64,000 nucleotides of DNA from Octopus vulgaris (GCA_951406725.2 OX597824.1:28830001-28894000); one strand, 5' to 3'; shown: positions 39,378 to 55,450, numbered from the stretch's first letter. Notes: generated from the letters alone by a model not told the origin. Numbers and translations: made by a program.

Positions 39378-39877
39378 TTGTTGAGCCTGGTCATTGGTCA
39401 TATCATGAAGAGCTTCTCCACAGCATGTTTTCACAAAGCTGAACTTACTGAGGTGTAGGTTGATGATGCTATGCGAAGGATTTTAATAAAAATGCACGGA
39501 TGCTTGTGCTTGGCTAATGTTTAACCATTTTAAGCAAAGAACTTATTCTTTGTAAGCCTAGTACTTATTTTATCGGTCTCTTTCGCTGAACCGCTAGTTT
39601 ACGAGGACCATTTTATATACCAGCATCTGTTGTCAAGCGCTGCTGGGAGACAAATACACCACACACACATACACACACATACATATATACATATATATAA
39701 TACGACGGCTGCTTTCAGTTTCCGTTTCCCAAATCCACTCACAAAGCTTTGGTCGACCCTAAGCTACAATAGAAGACACTTGCCCAAGCTGTCGCGCAAT
39801 GGGAATGAACCCGAAAGCAAGCTTCGAATCACACAGTCACACCTACCACACTCACACACACACACACACACACACAC

Positions 39878-39933
<56 letters not shown>

Positions 39934-40032
39934 ATCCAAACATGAAAACACAAAGAGAAAACACAACAACGCGGGGACGTGGAACAAGTATAGTGGTATT
40001 GGACGCTCAGGAAAGGAAAGAAAGAAGGAGGA

Positions 40033-40065
40033 TTTAACGTTTCGAACGGAGCACTTCGTCAGAAA
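40033..40065 (-). ncRNA. Minimal type I hammerhead with GAAACGUU stem III
   Basis: Reverse complement: ttt CTGACGA a gtgc tcc gttc GAAAC GTT aaa; stem II is imperfect; element is flanked by (TA)n. Confidence 0.6.
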
Positions 40066-40142
40066 CATAGGAAAAGGAAAAATCCAAGGAAGAGAAGACG
40101 GAGGAAAAAAATCATTCACATTTTGAATATATATATATATAT

Positions 40143-40795
40143 GAACATTTTAGGTGGTTTTTAGAGTCAGTGTTTGACTGCTATTTCGGCATGGTGGTGT
40201 CTCTCAGACACCCTTATTTATAGTTGTAAAAAATTATTACCTTTGTATGGTATTTATTCCCATGATGGCCAATTGATAATATCGATATTATCCTTATTTA
40301 TAAATTTATATAATTCATCACTATATTCACTGTGGTGTTTATTTTGACCATATCGCGCTTACGAGGTGGCTGGCGGGCAATTTGAATCTGGCCTTGTACA
40401 TACGTGCATATATATGTATGTATGGACGTTCTTATATGTAAGTATAACGTGTGTTCTGTATATACATATTTGTACTTATGTGCTAATGTGGTATATTCAA
40501 CTGACGAAAGCAGAGCTTATTTGAAGCAAAGCTAGAAATCCAGGATCTTGAATTATCCATTAATATCTTTTTGCTAGTTTATTTTGTCTCTCTGTCTTAT
40601 CTCGTGGTGCGATTTGAACATTTTAGGTGGTTTTTAGAGTCAGTGTTTGACTGCTATTTCGGCATGGTGGTGTGTCTCTCAGACACCCTTATTTATAGTT
40701 GTAAAAAAGTATTACCTTTGTATGATATTTATTCCCATGCTGGCCACTTGATAATATCGATATTTAAATATCGATATTATCCTTATTTATAAATA
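40143..40795 (+). mobile_element. Partial tandem terminal repeat (40143-40303 and 40616-40795) enclosing a hammerhead
   Basis: tgaacattttaggtggtttttagagtcag...atccttatttataaat occurs twice in direct orientation; (TA)n on both sides. Confidence 0.8.
40495..40553 (+). ncRNA. Type I hammerhead, intact core
   Basis: attcaa CTGACGA a agc aga gctt atttg aagc aaa gct a GAAA tcc a gga TC ttgaat. Confidence 0.8.
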
Positions 40796-40798
40796 AAT

Positions 40799-40845
<47 letters not shown>

Positions 40846-41106
40846 TATATATATGCACACATAATTACAACAGTCTTCTTTCAATTTCCGACCTCCAAAT
40901 GCACTCACTAAGCTTTTGTTGGCCCGGGGCTTTAGTAGATGTTATTGCCCAAGTTGCAGCGGATAGGAATTGAATCGCAAGCCAATTGGTTGAGAAGCAA
41001 ACTTTAAACCGCACATCCACGCCACCGCCTTTACATATATACATATCTTCACACACACACATAGACAAACACACATATGCGCGCGCACACACAAGCACGG
41101 ATATAC

Positions 41107-41137
<31 letters not shown>

Positions 41138-41139
41138 CA

Positions 41140-41276
<137 letters not shown>

Positions 41277-41536
41277 AGATATAATACGTGTATGCGTACA
41301 ATCTGGTCTCAGATGAGGGGGCTACTATTTACATGAGTTCTTATAGTCAATGGTCTTAAAACTTCCACTGACTCCATATTGTACAGATCGCTCTTAGAAA
41401 AAACATAAAACACTTCAGTTTCTTCAAAAGATATATTTTTGTATTTGTGTTTTCTGTGCGCGTCGCGGTCGATCGCGTGTGTTTGCGTATTTATGTCCGC
41501 ATACACCTTGCCATATGTGTGTTTATTTGTGTGTGT

Positions 41537-41576
<40 letters not shown>

Positions 41577-41754
41577 ATATTTATATATAGACACACACAC
41601 ACACACACACACGCACATACATGGGGTGATAATCGTCTCTAGACTGTGTTTGGTAAAGAACTGCTATCGATCTCACATGGTTGACTGATTTCAGGGCTAT
41701 TGCCCCCTTTAGCGAATACAAAAGAGCAGGGGCTTTTGAAACTATTCGAAACCG

Positions 41755-41755
<1 letters not shown>

Positions 41756-41785
<30 letters not shown>

Positions 41786-41846
41786 CTTCTTCTTCTTCTT
41801 CTTCTTCTTCTTCTTCTTCTTCTTCTTCTTCTTCTTCTTCTTCTTC
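41756..41846. repeat. (CTT)n repeat
   Basis: Seen directly in the sequence. Confidence 0.95.
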
Positions 41847-41959
41847 GCTTTCTCCTCCTCCTCTGCCTCATTCTTCAAATTCTTTTTGTTCCTTACCATA
41901 ATATTTTGCAGTTATTGCATATCGTTGTTGTATCCGTTGTTGTTGTTATTGTTGTTATT

Positions 41960-42404
41960 AAGGCGGCGAGTTGGCAGAACCTTTAACGCGCTGGACGAAA
42001 TGCCCGTCGCTACATTCTCAGTTCAAATTCCGCCCAGGTCGACTATACTTATCATCCTTTCGGGGTCGATAAAATAAGTACCAAAGGAGTATTGGCGTCG
42101 ATGTAATCGACTAGTCCCCTCCCCACAAACTTCAGGCGTAGTGTCTATAGTAGAAAGTATTATTATTGTTAAGGTAGCGAACTGGCAGAAACGTTAGCAC
42201 ACCGGGCGAAATGCTTAGCGGTATTGCGTCTGTCGTTGCGTTCTGAGTTCAAATTCCGCCGAGGTCGACTTTGCCTTTCATCCTTTCGGGGTCGATAAAT
42301 TAAGTACCAGTTACGCACTGGGGTCGATGTAATCGACTTAATACCTATGTCTGTCCTTGTTTGTACCCTCTGTGTTTAGCCCCTTGTGGGTAACAAAGAA
42401 ATAA
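41960..42404 (+). mobile_element. Two tandem SINE family B copies (41960-42155, 42171-42404)
   Basis: Two successive heads aagg[ct][ga]gcga..tggcagaa, each with a Nin-like core. Confidence 0.85.
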
Positions 42405-42456
42405 GTATTATTATCATCTCTGTCTATTTGCCTATCTCTCTCACTTTCTCACTCAT

Positions 42457-42487
<31 letters not shown>

Positions 42488-42783
42488 TTGTTCCTCCCTC
42501 CCGAAAATATTTGCTGCGGTCACCTATGAAGTGGATTGATCAATGACAGGTCTAAAAGTAGGCTCGAGACACGGCTACGTCACGTTATTTCTGCATTGAC
42601 TTTATTCGAAGTTGAGGGACCAAGACAATGCTTTACACACAAGCGGGCGCACACACGCACATGGACACGTTTGTAGACATATGCAATATGTGTGTATTTA
42701 TGTACATGTGCCTATGTGCACATTTATATAGGTATATATATGTGCGTGTGAGTGTGTGTGCGCGTGTGTAGAGATATATATAT

Positions 42784-42820
<37 letters not shown>

Positions 42821-42859
42821 CATACATTTTCATACATGCATACATACATACATACATAC

Positions 42860-42910
<51 letters not shown>

Positions 42911-43667
42911 TATAACAAATATATTCAATTTTATATTCAGGTTTTTCTTTTCTTTTTTTATATATATAACATCGGTATTTTTCTATTTTATTTCCCTTTT
43001 AAGTGTGACTTGATACTCCGGTAACTCCTATTTCACTTCACTACACATACACACAGGCACACACCCGCACACACGCGCGCGCGAGCGCATTTTATCACAT
43101 TACAGAAGATTGTTGAGCGTGGGGAAAGTGATGGAAGTTGTAATATATTGTTGCTCAACCTCTGTAATCAACGTAGTAGTGAAATTTGCTTCACTGAACT
43201 CCCTAAATAGAATTAAAGGTTCTTTTCATATTCGCCTGCATAAAGTTGGGGGCGGCTAGTGAAGTAAAGATTGCTTTGAAGACCCACCGTTTTATGATTC
43301 GTGACACCGCCCACGGAAGAATTTGAAACTTGGCACCGTATGCAGATAAGGAAATACATTGGAATGACACAGCGACACTCCCACTACTAACTCATACGAC
43401 TATTTCTTGGCACGGACAAGATTTGGTCATTTAATAATAATTGCATTGATTCTCGGTTATGTGCCATTAGTAACCACTCCCATCTTGTAATGTAGCTAGG
43501 GGTGGTAAGAAAAGGTCGGTTCACCGCTGGTGACAGTTCTACGAGGGCGGCACCTTTCGGTCTGTTGAATAAGTCTGTATTGACTTGTGAGCTCGGGAGT
43601 CGGGCAGCAAATTCAAGGCCTGCCCCGGGTGGCTACGCCACTTCGTCCATCAACTAATATCTAAAAT

Positions 43668-43770
43668 GAAGTGTTTTGCTCAAGAACACAACGCATCGCC
43701 CGGTCCAGGAATCGAAACCACAACCTTACGATCATGAGTTCAACACCCTAACCACTAAGCCACGCGCCTC
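43668..43770 (-). mobile_element. tRNA-derived SINE head of a further family
   Basis: Reverse complement gaggcgcgtggcttagtggttaggg...ggtttcgattcc...gttcttgagcaaaacacttc (A box, B box and CORE-like segment). Confidence 0.65.
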
Positions 43771-44099
43771 TACACACACACAAACACACACACACATACA
43801 CACACACTCATATACTATTTTATATTAAACTTTTTAATACTTTTTTATAGTATAAAAAACTTTTAAAATTTATAAATTTTAAATTTTAAAAATATATTAA
43901 AAACATATAAAAATTTATTAAAATTTATAAATATAAAAAATTTTTAATTTAATAATTTAAATTTTTTTGCATATTATATTAATTATATTTATTTTTATGT
44001 TTTGGTTTATGTTTTTCACTGTTTGATTTGCCTAATAGTGGTTTTATCTCTAATTTAAATTATATATATATAGATATATTTAAATGATTTAGAATAGAA

Positions 44100-44262
44100 A
44101 GTGGCTGTGTGGTAAGTAGCTTGCTAACCAACCACATGGTTCCGGGTTCAGTCCCACTGCGTGGCATCTTGGGCAAGTGTCTTCTGCTATAGCCCCGGGC
44201 CGACCAATGCCTTGTGAGTGGATTTGGTAGACGGAAACTGAAAGAAGCCTGTCGTATATATG

Positions 44263-44299
<37 letters not shown>

Positions 44300-44525
44300 A
44301 TGTTTGTGTGTCTGTGTTTGTCCCCCTAGCATTGCTTGACAACCGATGCTGGTGTGTTTACGTCCCCGTCACTTAGCAGTTCGGCAAAAAGAGACCGATA
44401 GAATAAGTACTGGGGCTTACAAAGAATAAGTCCCGGGGTCGATTTGCTCGACTAAAGGCGGTGCTCCAGCATGGCCGCAGTCAAATGACTGAAACAAGTA
44501 AAAGAGTAAAAGAGTAAAGAGTAAA
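44100..44525 (+). mobile_element. SINE family A
   Basis: Near full-length match. Confidence 0.9.
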
Positions 44526-44748
44526 AAAAGAGAGTATCGCCGAATCAGCAGAAACAGTAGCAGGGTTTCGAATCCATAGAGAATTCATTTCATTGCATTG
44601 CGGTTAAAAGTGTGTTCCAGCCCAAAGACTCTGGGCACGCTGGACCGTCACCATTTTCATTTCCTTTCTTGTGAATTTGGCTTTTGGAGAAGGAGGAATT
44701 TTGATATTGTTGCCCTCATCTGACTCTGTGTGTGTGTGTGAGCGCGCG

Positions 44749-44982
44749 CATGTGTATGTTTTGGGGCTCTCTTTCTGTACTCTAATTTCAAATAGTCCCG
44801 AAGATCAAGCTAGCCTTTTATCCTTTGGTGATCGAAAAATGAAGTGCCAGTCTTGTGCTGAAGTACATCTCTGTCATGCGTATGTTTTGGGGCTCTCTTT
44901 CTGTACTCTAATTTCAATAGTCCCGAAGATCCTTTGGTGATCGAAAAATGAAGTACCAGTCTTGTGCTGAAGTACATCTGTC
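44749..44982. repeat. Tandem duplication of ~110-125 bp
   Basis: tatgttttggggctctctttctgtactctaatttcaa...cagtcttgtgctgaagtacatct occurs twice. Confidence 0.9.
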
Positions 44983-45555
44983 TGCCCCCTCCCCCTCTCT
45001 CTCTCTCTCACTCTTTCCCTCATTTCCTCTTTCTTTCTCTTTCTGTCTATTTGTCTATCTCTCTCCCTCTCTATCCGTCTCTCTCTCACCTTCTCTCTCT
45101 GTCTTTCTCCCCTCCCTCTCCCTCTCTTTGTCCCTCCCTCCCTCCCGAAAATATTTACTGCGGTCACCCATGGGGAGGGATGATCTGGAATTTTGGGACA
45201 GAAGAAGGTCATGGTACTTCTCGACAATATCTACCCGAATTTCATGTAGATCACTCAGGTTTTTCGGTAAAATATTAAAATGCTGTTGATCCTTAAAACC
45301 CAAGCTATTTCACTACATGTCTATCGATTTCTCAGCGTCCGTATTCTAGCTGAGACTATATCAATTCGTCTCCAGTATCCAAGTCAGAATGTCGCCCAAT
45401 TATTAAATGGTGCTTAAACAAGGTATTGAACGAGTGTTTACATATACAAGTACAACTTTTCCTCTTTCTGCTGATGTTAATATGTTGGTAACCACAAAAA
45501 TTATAACAGAATTTAAAAAATTAACAAGAGCAGTGAAATAACTAGGACAACCTAT

Positions 45556-45921
45556 ACTCTTTTACTCTTTTACTTGTTTCAGTCATTTGACTGCGGCCAT
45601 GCTGGAGCACCGCCAGTACTTATTCTATCGGTCTCTTTTGCCGAACCGCTAAGTGACGGCGACGTAAACACACCAGCATCGGTTGTCAAGCAATGCTAGG
45701 GGGACAAACACAGACACAAACACATACACACACATATATATATATATACATATATACGACGGGCTTCTTTCAGTTTCCGTCTACCAAATCCACTCACAAG
45801 GCATTGGTCGGCCCGAGGCTATAGTAGAAGACACTTGCCCAAGATGCCACGCAGTGGGACTGAACCCGGAACCATGTGGTTGATTAGCAAGCTACTTACC
45901 ACACAGCCACTCCTGCGCCTA
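45556..45921 (-). mobile_element. SINE family A
   Basis: Reverse match with an internal deletion. Confidence 0.9.
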
Positions 45922-46399
45922 TAACTTGGTAAAGTTTCTATTCTTTTCTTTTATTCTGTAATTTTATTTTACTAAACGCATAAAAACAAAGAAAATGTGC
46001 ATGCACATTTATGGTTTTGTGGTTAAGAAGCTCGCTTTACTACAAGAAGAAAAAAAACATGAGTAGATGGTAAGCTGTTCGAATTGTTAGCGCGCAAAAA
46101 CAAAAATGAGAAAATGCCATGTGGCATTTCTTCTGGCTTTACGTTCTGAGTTCAACTTCTGCTAGGTTCGACTTTGTTTTCATTTCGACGTCGATAAAAT
46201 AGATACCTTTTCAGTACTGGGGTAGATGTAACTGACTAACTCCTTCCTTTAAAACTGTAACTAACTCTTTCTTTTAATACTGCTTTGTCGTAAAATTTGA
46301 AACCACTATTCAAAGATATGGTTGTGAAACTAATTTTGTTTGGAACGATGTAATCCCGTATTCAAAACCACTCAGAGGAGTTGTGGATAAACACTGGTA

Positions 46400-46720
46400 A
46401 CCCGTATCAAATAGCAGTCGTACATGTCCATTGATGTCTAATTTTTCCTGCCTTTAATGTTAGGTTGCTCAATCAAAATCTAGAGATAACTATTTTTACT
46501 AGAAATGAAGTCAAAGATGGACTTATAGACGCTGGTATTTACATTTTTATCGCTTTATTTAGGCGTTCTTTTAAAAAAAAACTATTGCTGTGTCTATGTA
46601 AAACTTGCTCGCTCCGATTAACCACTGGTTTGTTCCTATATCTCATCAGACCAAGCATGATTTTAGAAAATATATAAGGCACCTCTTCTATCAGTGGTTC
46701 TCCATGGATTTGTTTGATAT
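46400..46720 (-). pseudogene. Possible decayed GIY-YIG endonuclease remnant
   Basis: Frameshifted GALYIF...IG/QTS...ILIEQPNIKGRK pieces resemble the PLE endonuclease. Confidence 0.3.
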
Positions 46721-47728
46721 TCACATAATTCTCTCTAAACAGTTATACAGGTGCACTATTCTCTCACAGTCCGACTGGGAATCAAATGATGCAAATGTGG
46801 CCTGATGCTAATTACAGGTTATTAGTTTAAAATTAAGTCTAACATTTATCCGCAGAGCGATCTTAATAGTATTCTGAAAAATGAATATACTGGACCCTAT
46901 AGTATATATTTATTGACAGTAAACCACAACATCCATAGATCAGAGTTGGCATCAAGACCCATGAGCCCCACCAAGCCAATCAATGTACTTGACCTTATAG
47001 TATTTATTCACAGCTTGCAATGATCAGAATTGATCCCTTGGACCCATCAGGATCCTTGACGAATCAATGCATGAGAGCCTATAGTATTGATTCCTTGGCA
47101 GAAAGCCACAGCAAAGATTGATCAGGGCAGGGCCTCTAGACATGCGAGGCTCCAGACAATTGCCCAGTGTGCCGATACCTTACGGCACTGTCTATCCCAC
47201 AGTGAAAATATTTTAAACCTAATCTTAACCATAACCCATCAAATATATATTATAAATGCTGATAATACAGTGAAATACCACAATTCAAAAATCTACATGG
47301 GACCCCCCCCCCAAAAAAAAAAAAAAGAAAAGAAAAAGCAGCATCTGTTTTTTATCTGAGGTTTGGATTAGTAATGAATAAACTCAAATGAATGTATTAT
47401 TTACTGTATAATTTTTTACTTTTTTGATCAACACTTACTAGACTTCCCTTATAACAGTTTATAAGAATTGACTGGTTTCGTTATCACAGATAATTCTTTG
47501 TTTAATAAAAAATAATGTACTTGTTACCGATACTGAAGTTCCATCGTGTTTTGTTTATCCAATGTTTTAGTTAGGGCGGGTCCCATATGAGTAAATGTTT
47601 CAACTGCGTAGTAGATGCCTTTGTTTTTTAAATAGTGTTTTCAAGAAACTTTTTTTGTTTAGCTAAGTCGCACTTTTTTTTACGCATCTATCGATAATGA
47701 GGTGATAGATTTTTTCTCATTGAAACCG

Positions 47729-48327
47729 ATTTCTTTACTACCCACCAGGGGCTAAACACAGAGAGGACAAAAAAGGACAGACAAATAGATTAAGTCGATT
47801 ATATCAACCCCAGTGCGTAACTGGTAATTATTTAATCGACTCCGAAAGGATGAAAGGCAAAGTCGACCTCAGCGGAATTTGAACTCAGAACGCAAAGCTA
47901 GACGAAATACCTATTTCTTTACTACCCACAAGGGGCTAAACACAGAGAGGACAAACAAGGAAAGACAAACGGATTAAGTCGATTATATCAACCCCAGTGC
48001 GTAACTGGTAATTATTTAATCGACTCCGAAAGGATGAAAGGCAAAGTCGATCTAGGCGGAATTTGAACTCAGAACGTAACGGCAGACGAAATACCTATTT
48101 CTTTACTACCCACAAGGGGCTAAACACAGAGAGGACAAACAAGGAAAGACAAACGGATTAAGTCGATTACATCGACGCCAGTGCGTAACTGGTACTTAAT
48201 TTATCGACCCCGAAAGGATGAAAGGCAAAGTCGACCTCGGCGGAATTTGAACTCAGGACGTAACGCAGACGAAATACCGCAAGGCATTTTGCCCGGCGTG
48301 CTAACGATTCTGCCAGCTCGCCGCCTT
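47729..48327 (-). mobile_element. SINE family B head followed by a triplicated ~185-bp body
   Basis: tttctttactacccac.aggggctaaacacagagaggac...gacgaaatacc occurs three times. Confidence 0.9.
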
Positions 48328-49356
48328 GCTTTTTCCCATTGAAACCGCCTACACATGTGTCAAACTTATAGCCTAAATACATGCACACCCAACTACTTAC
48401 CTTAAAATAGAAATACTCACACACACACACACACACATACTTACAGACCATACGTAATTGGTGAAGAGAATATAATTTAGTCTATAAATCGGACGCAGTG
48501 TCTTACATAAAACGAGGCTTTTGTTGAACAAAAAACTTTTTTACTTTACACTCCTTTTCGTCCCTACAACAACTTGTATAGATATTGATAAATTCCGCCT
48601 TTAATTTGAAACGTGGGAATAAGTTTTATTTCAACACATCATAATACTGAATGTTTTGGGTCTGAAATATTCTCTAGGTATCACCGAAACTGTGGCGTAT
48701 CAATCACAAAAGATCGTTTTTACCAATATATTGATGGAGCGTTAATTTGCTCACAACATATACAGTGCTTTGATGCTACGCTTGTTTGTTTTTCTCAGCT
48801 TCTTCCGATTCGTTTTCCCTCCTCCTTCTTTGAATAATCCTTAGCAATGCTTTTTTTTATCTTCCTTTGTGATGTTATCCCGTCACTCTGGGACATAATT
48901 ATTGCATTCATCTTTTGTTATTTTAATGAAGAAATAGCTGCTCTTTGTATGTTAAGAATGTTTACGTTACTAAGTGTTTTTCTCTTATGAGTTTGCTAAT
49001 TGTGTTATCCCTAACTCAGAAATTAGTTTATTTATTTTCATATTTTGATATTATCTATATTCAATCAAAATTATCCAACACTAACATTTTGTTTTTGCTG
49101 CGTAAACATTTCAAATTTTTGCTTCAGCAAGTTAATATAGTTTTATATTTTCAACGCTACTACAAACACCCACTTTCCAGGTGTTAAACTATAGTTTAAA
49201 TATACAGTTTCAATCACTGATTAGCTATTAATTTACTAATTTAGTTAAGGCGCACCTTGAGTAAGACAAGCCCCTACATTTTTTTGTGGAAAAATGTATA
49301 TTTTGTGAGAAAAGGAAACTTAACATTCAGCAAAGAAAGATGTCGAATCAAACAGA

Positions 49357-49390
<34 letters not shown>

Positions 49391-49391
<1 letters not shown>

Positions 49392-49803
49392 CTCTTTTTA
49401 CTCTTTTTACTTGTTTCAGTCATTTGACTGCGGCCATGCTGGAGCACCGCCTTTAGTCGAGCAAATCGACCCCCGAACTTATTCTTTGTAAGCCCAGTAC
49501 TTATTCTATCGGTCTCTTTTGCCGAACCGCTAAGTGACGGCGACGTAAACACACCAGCATCGGTTGTCAAGCAATGCTAGGGGAACAAACACAGACACAC
49601 AAACATATTCACACACACTTATATATATATACATATATACGACAGGCTTCTTTCAGTTTCCGTCTACCAAATCCACTCACAAGGCATTGGTCGGCCCGGG
49701 GCTATAGCAGAAGACACGTGCCCAAGATGCCACGCAGTGGGACTGAACCCGGAACCATGTGGTTGGTTAGCAAGCTACTTACCAAACAGCCACTCCTGCG
49801 CCT
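49391..49803 (-). mobile_element. SINE family A, full length
   Basis: Reverse match to the consensus. Confidence 0.9.
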
Positions 49804-49944
49804 ATATATATAGTGTTTCTTTATAAGAAAACGTAAGGAAATGCACAATGATACAGAAATAGAGGAAATATGAGTGCGCTGTCTATAACAAACGCAAGTC
49901 TATTCTCCAGAATACTCGCTGGTAAAGCAAAGTTAAGAAATGTA

Positions 49945-50274
49945 CAGCCTTGGCCAAAAATATTAGGTTACCTCAATGCTTTTGGGTTCTGCTATCTCAA
50001 TGTTAATGAAACTAGTGCACATGGTAGATTATGGTATATTTCACAATATACATAAGTTTTAATATCCGGTTGACCCTCCTTTAGCATCAATTACCACTTT
50101 TATACTGTACTGTACATATGCAACCAATTATGAATAAGACAAACGTCAACCAGATATCAAAACTAATGTATATTATGAAATATACCGTAGTCTACCATGT
50201 GCACGAGTTTCATTAACACTGAGATAGCAAAACCCCAAAACATTGGGGTGGTCTAATGCTTTTGGCCAAGGGTG
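49945..50274. mobile_element. Tc1-like MITE with ~130-bp TIRs and TA target duplication
   Basis: ta|cagccttggccaaaaatattag...ccggttgac pairs with gtcaaccag...ctaatgcttttggccaagggtg|ta. Confidence 0.85.
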
Positions 50275-50614
50275 TAAATAGTCTGAGACAATTTCTTCGG
50301 CCAATGAACCGATCTGCGAGAACGTGTCCTGTAGAGTGAAGAATGCGTTTGTGTAGTTGGTATTTTGATGACTGCACGTGGTACTTGTAGGGGTGGGGGT
50401 GGGTGGCAGTGTTTCTGTAAAGATGGGTGCGTCAGCAAATGATATAAATGTTTCGGAAAAGGCTTTTTTAACTCTGTCGACAGAGACAGTCTCTTTTTCT
50501 CCGTGAATGTCCAGAGTGAACAGTTTCGGTGTGCTCCTCAGAACACCGCAGCTTATCCTGATATTAACATATGGAAATTTTCTGTAGCACTCAACAAATT
50601 ATATACATATATAT

Positions 50615-52481
<1,867 letters not shown>

Positions 52482-52559
52482 GTATGTATGTATGTATGTA
52501 TGTATATGTATGTATGTATATGTATATATGCATGTATGTATGTATAGCCTGTGTCCAGT

Positions 52560-52790
52560 TAGTACTACCTCATCCAGGGTTTACACCTCCCCCTTCACAG
52601 ATGCCTTGGCTGAAGCAACCTACCCTTTCTGCCTCCACATTCAACCTGATAGTCTTCCACTTACTGGCCCCTATGATGCCAAGCATATTGTAAGCTCTGC
52701 AAACCTTCTGCATCCCACCTCAACTGGAAGACACTCTGCTTCTTTGGCATAATTCCACCAGTACAACAGCATTCTGTGGCTCACATTTGC
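52560..52790 (-). mobile_element. REL-type (Hero/NeSL-like) non-LTR retrotransposon C-terminal remnant
   Basis: Reverse complement peptide CLPVEVGCRRFA, and LGIIG in the adjacent frame. Confidence 0.5.
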
Positions 52791-52824
52791 CCCCTTGATG
52801 CGGCCCTGAGTTCATATGAAATGT

Positions 52825-53056
52825 TTAACTCTTTAGCATTCAAACTAACCATATCTGGCCCAATTATTTTACCTTTTTTATGTTCAAACCAACCAGGTCC
52901 TGCCTCTTACACCTTACCCCGTAATGTCTTTCTAAAACGAAATAATCGCACCATCAAAACCTCAAAGATTCAAAATAATGCATGATACATTAAAACAGTG
53001 TGAATAAATAAGGATTACATTCTCCACGGTGCATCTGGATGCTAAAGGCCTATTAA
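52825..53056. mobile_element. TTAA-flanked (piggyBac-like) MITE
   Basis: ttaactctttagcattca at the left end and ggatgctaaagg..ttaa at the right end. Confidence 0.45.
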
Positions 53057-54035
53057 CCGTTCGTGAGCCGGCGGGGGTCTCTTGGGACACCAGCCAATTT
53101 TAAAAGTCATGCCACTCTTTTTATTTAAATGATTTTATATCTCATGACTTTTATTGTAAATAGTTTATGTATGCACATACAAATTTTAAATTAAAAATTT
53201 CCAGTCATATGGCTGTTATAGCATAAAATATGGTCATTTGGGTCCCATTTGACCCCATTAGCCTTCTGAGAATTTTTCTTCTGTTCTTTTTTCAGATATT
53301 CTAATGAACTATCAATCAATTTTCTTCGTATTTGTACTGGTATGAATCGATATACTTTTTTCTTTCATTCTTTTTGTTTTATTTTATATTTTGGGCTATA
53401 TGTAAAATTTGTAAAACTATAAAAAAAAGAAGGTGCAAAATTTCCTCTTCTGTATCATGCACTCACACAAGTTTTAAAAAATATAAACTGGGGTCGATTG
53501 GTTCCACGAAACTCCCCCAATATGGTACCCCAGCATGGTACCCCAGCATGGTCACAGTCCAATGCTTAGAAACAAGTAAAAGTTAGAATGAGGTCTCATT
53601 TTAGAAGCGTGGAAAATGAGATGAAAGTAACCAAACACTCAAAGAAAGTTTACCCTATTAATTAAACTAGTTTCGTATTAAAATATAATTCATGTACAAA
53701 CCCTTATCCTATTGCTTTATAACATTTACAGGAATAGGATCAATGTGTATAATTGATGATATAGGATTAGAATATATTTTATCGAGCGAGGAAGGATGAA
53801 AAGCAAAAAAAATCCGGGTGGGATTTGAACACAGAACTTTGGGAATTGTGATAAAGTACAGCAAAACACTTCATCCGCTGTGTTATTGATTGATTCTCTC
53901 TTAAACTTCGCACTCACTGCATGAAAACATTGATTTTTCTTTTCAAAAAATATTACCCACATAGTCACTTTCCCAAACAAGATGAGGCACTCATAAATTT
54001 GTTTTAAGAGTTATCTCCCATATCGGCTACAACTG

Positions 54036-54102
54036 TATTGTTTTTATGGAAGCTAAACTATACTTTTAAAAAAAGTATAGTTTAGCTTCCATAAAAACAA
54101 TA
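54036..54102. repeat. Near-perfect 67-bp palindrome
   Basis: tattgtttttatggaagctaaactatactttt aaa aaaagtatagtttagcttccataaaaacaata. Confidence 0.9.
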
Positions 54103-54114
54103 GTTATTAATTTA

Positions 54115-54314
54115 TCTCTTTTACTTATTTTAGTCATTTGACTGCGGCCATGCTGGAGCAGCGCCTCTAGTAGAGCAAATCGACCCCAGGACTTATTCTT
54201 TGTAAGCCTAGTACTTATTCTATTGGTTTCTTAGGCCAAACCGCTAAGTTACGGGAACGTAAACACACCAGCATCGGTTGTCAAGCGATGTTGAAGGGGA
54301 CAAACAAAAAGACA

Positions 54315-54391
<77 letters not shown>

Positions 54392-54553
54392 ATACATATA
54401 TACGACGAGCTTCTTTCAGTTTCCGTCTACCAAATCCACTCACAAGGCTTTGGTCTGCCCGAGGCTATAGTAGAAGACACTTGCCCAAGGTACCACGCAA
54501 TTGGACTGAACCCGGAACCATGTGGTTGGTAAGCAAGCTACTTACCACGCAGC
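54115..54553 (-). mobile_element. SINE family A
   Basis: Reverse match to the consensus. Confidence 0.9.
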
Positions 54554-54723
54554 ACTACGAAGGGTGTCTGGTTTTGTTCGTCTTAGTTCTTCTGAACAAA
54601 AACAATCGATGCAATAATTGCCAGGTATTTAAATAAATATGAATATTAGTGAATATCACATAGCAACAGAAAATTATATAACCCCATAAATTGTGTCTAA
54701 GATACAATGATATAGAGGATATA

Positions 54724-54816
<93 letters not shown>

Positions 54817-54910
54817 GAAGGCGGCCACCTTTAGGATGAAATACTGGGGTCGATGTAATCGACCTATCCTCTCCCACCAAAATAGCTGCCCTTGTGGCAA
54901 AATTTGAAAC

Positions 54911-55000
<90 letters not shown>

Positions 55001-55004
55001 CATC

Positions 55005-55450
55005 CTTATCATTTATGGTTTCCTTTCATTATAACTTTATTTCAGTTGCCTTAGTACCGAGCATCCTCCGGAGGTTAAGAGTAGCAAAATCACTTTTGTT
55101 TTGCTATGCATGCTAAAATGATCACTTTAGTTGAAGAGCGCTCTCCGTTGTATATGGGCTGTACCCATCAAGGTTATCTTTTGTAATTCTCGGAGACTGG
55201 AGTTACCAGGAAGTTACTTAATATACTTCTCAGATCCCTTCTTTATCATTCTCAACGCACCAATTACTACTGGTGTTATCGTAGTACTAAGCTTCTACAT
55301 TTTTGTGATTTCAATTTGTAGATCTTTATAGTGAGAAAGCTTTTCTTATTCCTTTCTTGAGACATTTCGATCCTGTGCGACAGATGTATTCATTAACAGA
55401 GAAGTTCCTCTGTTGTAGTCCTTAATCACAATGTCTGGTCGATTATGGTT
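55005..55450 (-). mobile_element. R4/Dong-like non-LTR retrotransposon 3' end (restriction-like endonuclease domain)
   Basis: Reverse complement peptide HNRPDIVIKD...KE*EKLSHYKDLQIEITKM*K...PVVIGAL..IKKG...LQKITLMGTAHI; the 3' UTR ends in (TAA)n. Confidence 0.8.
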
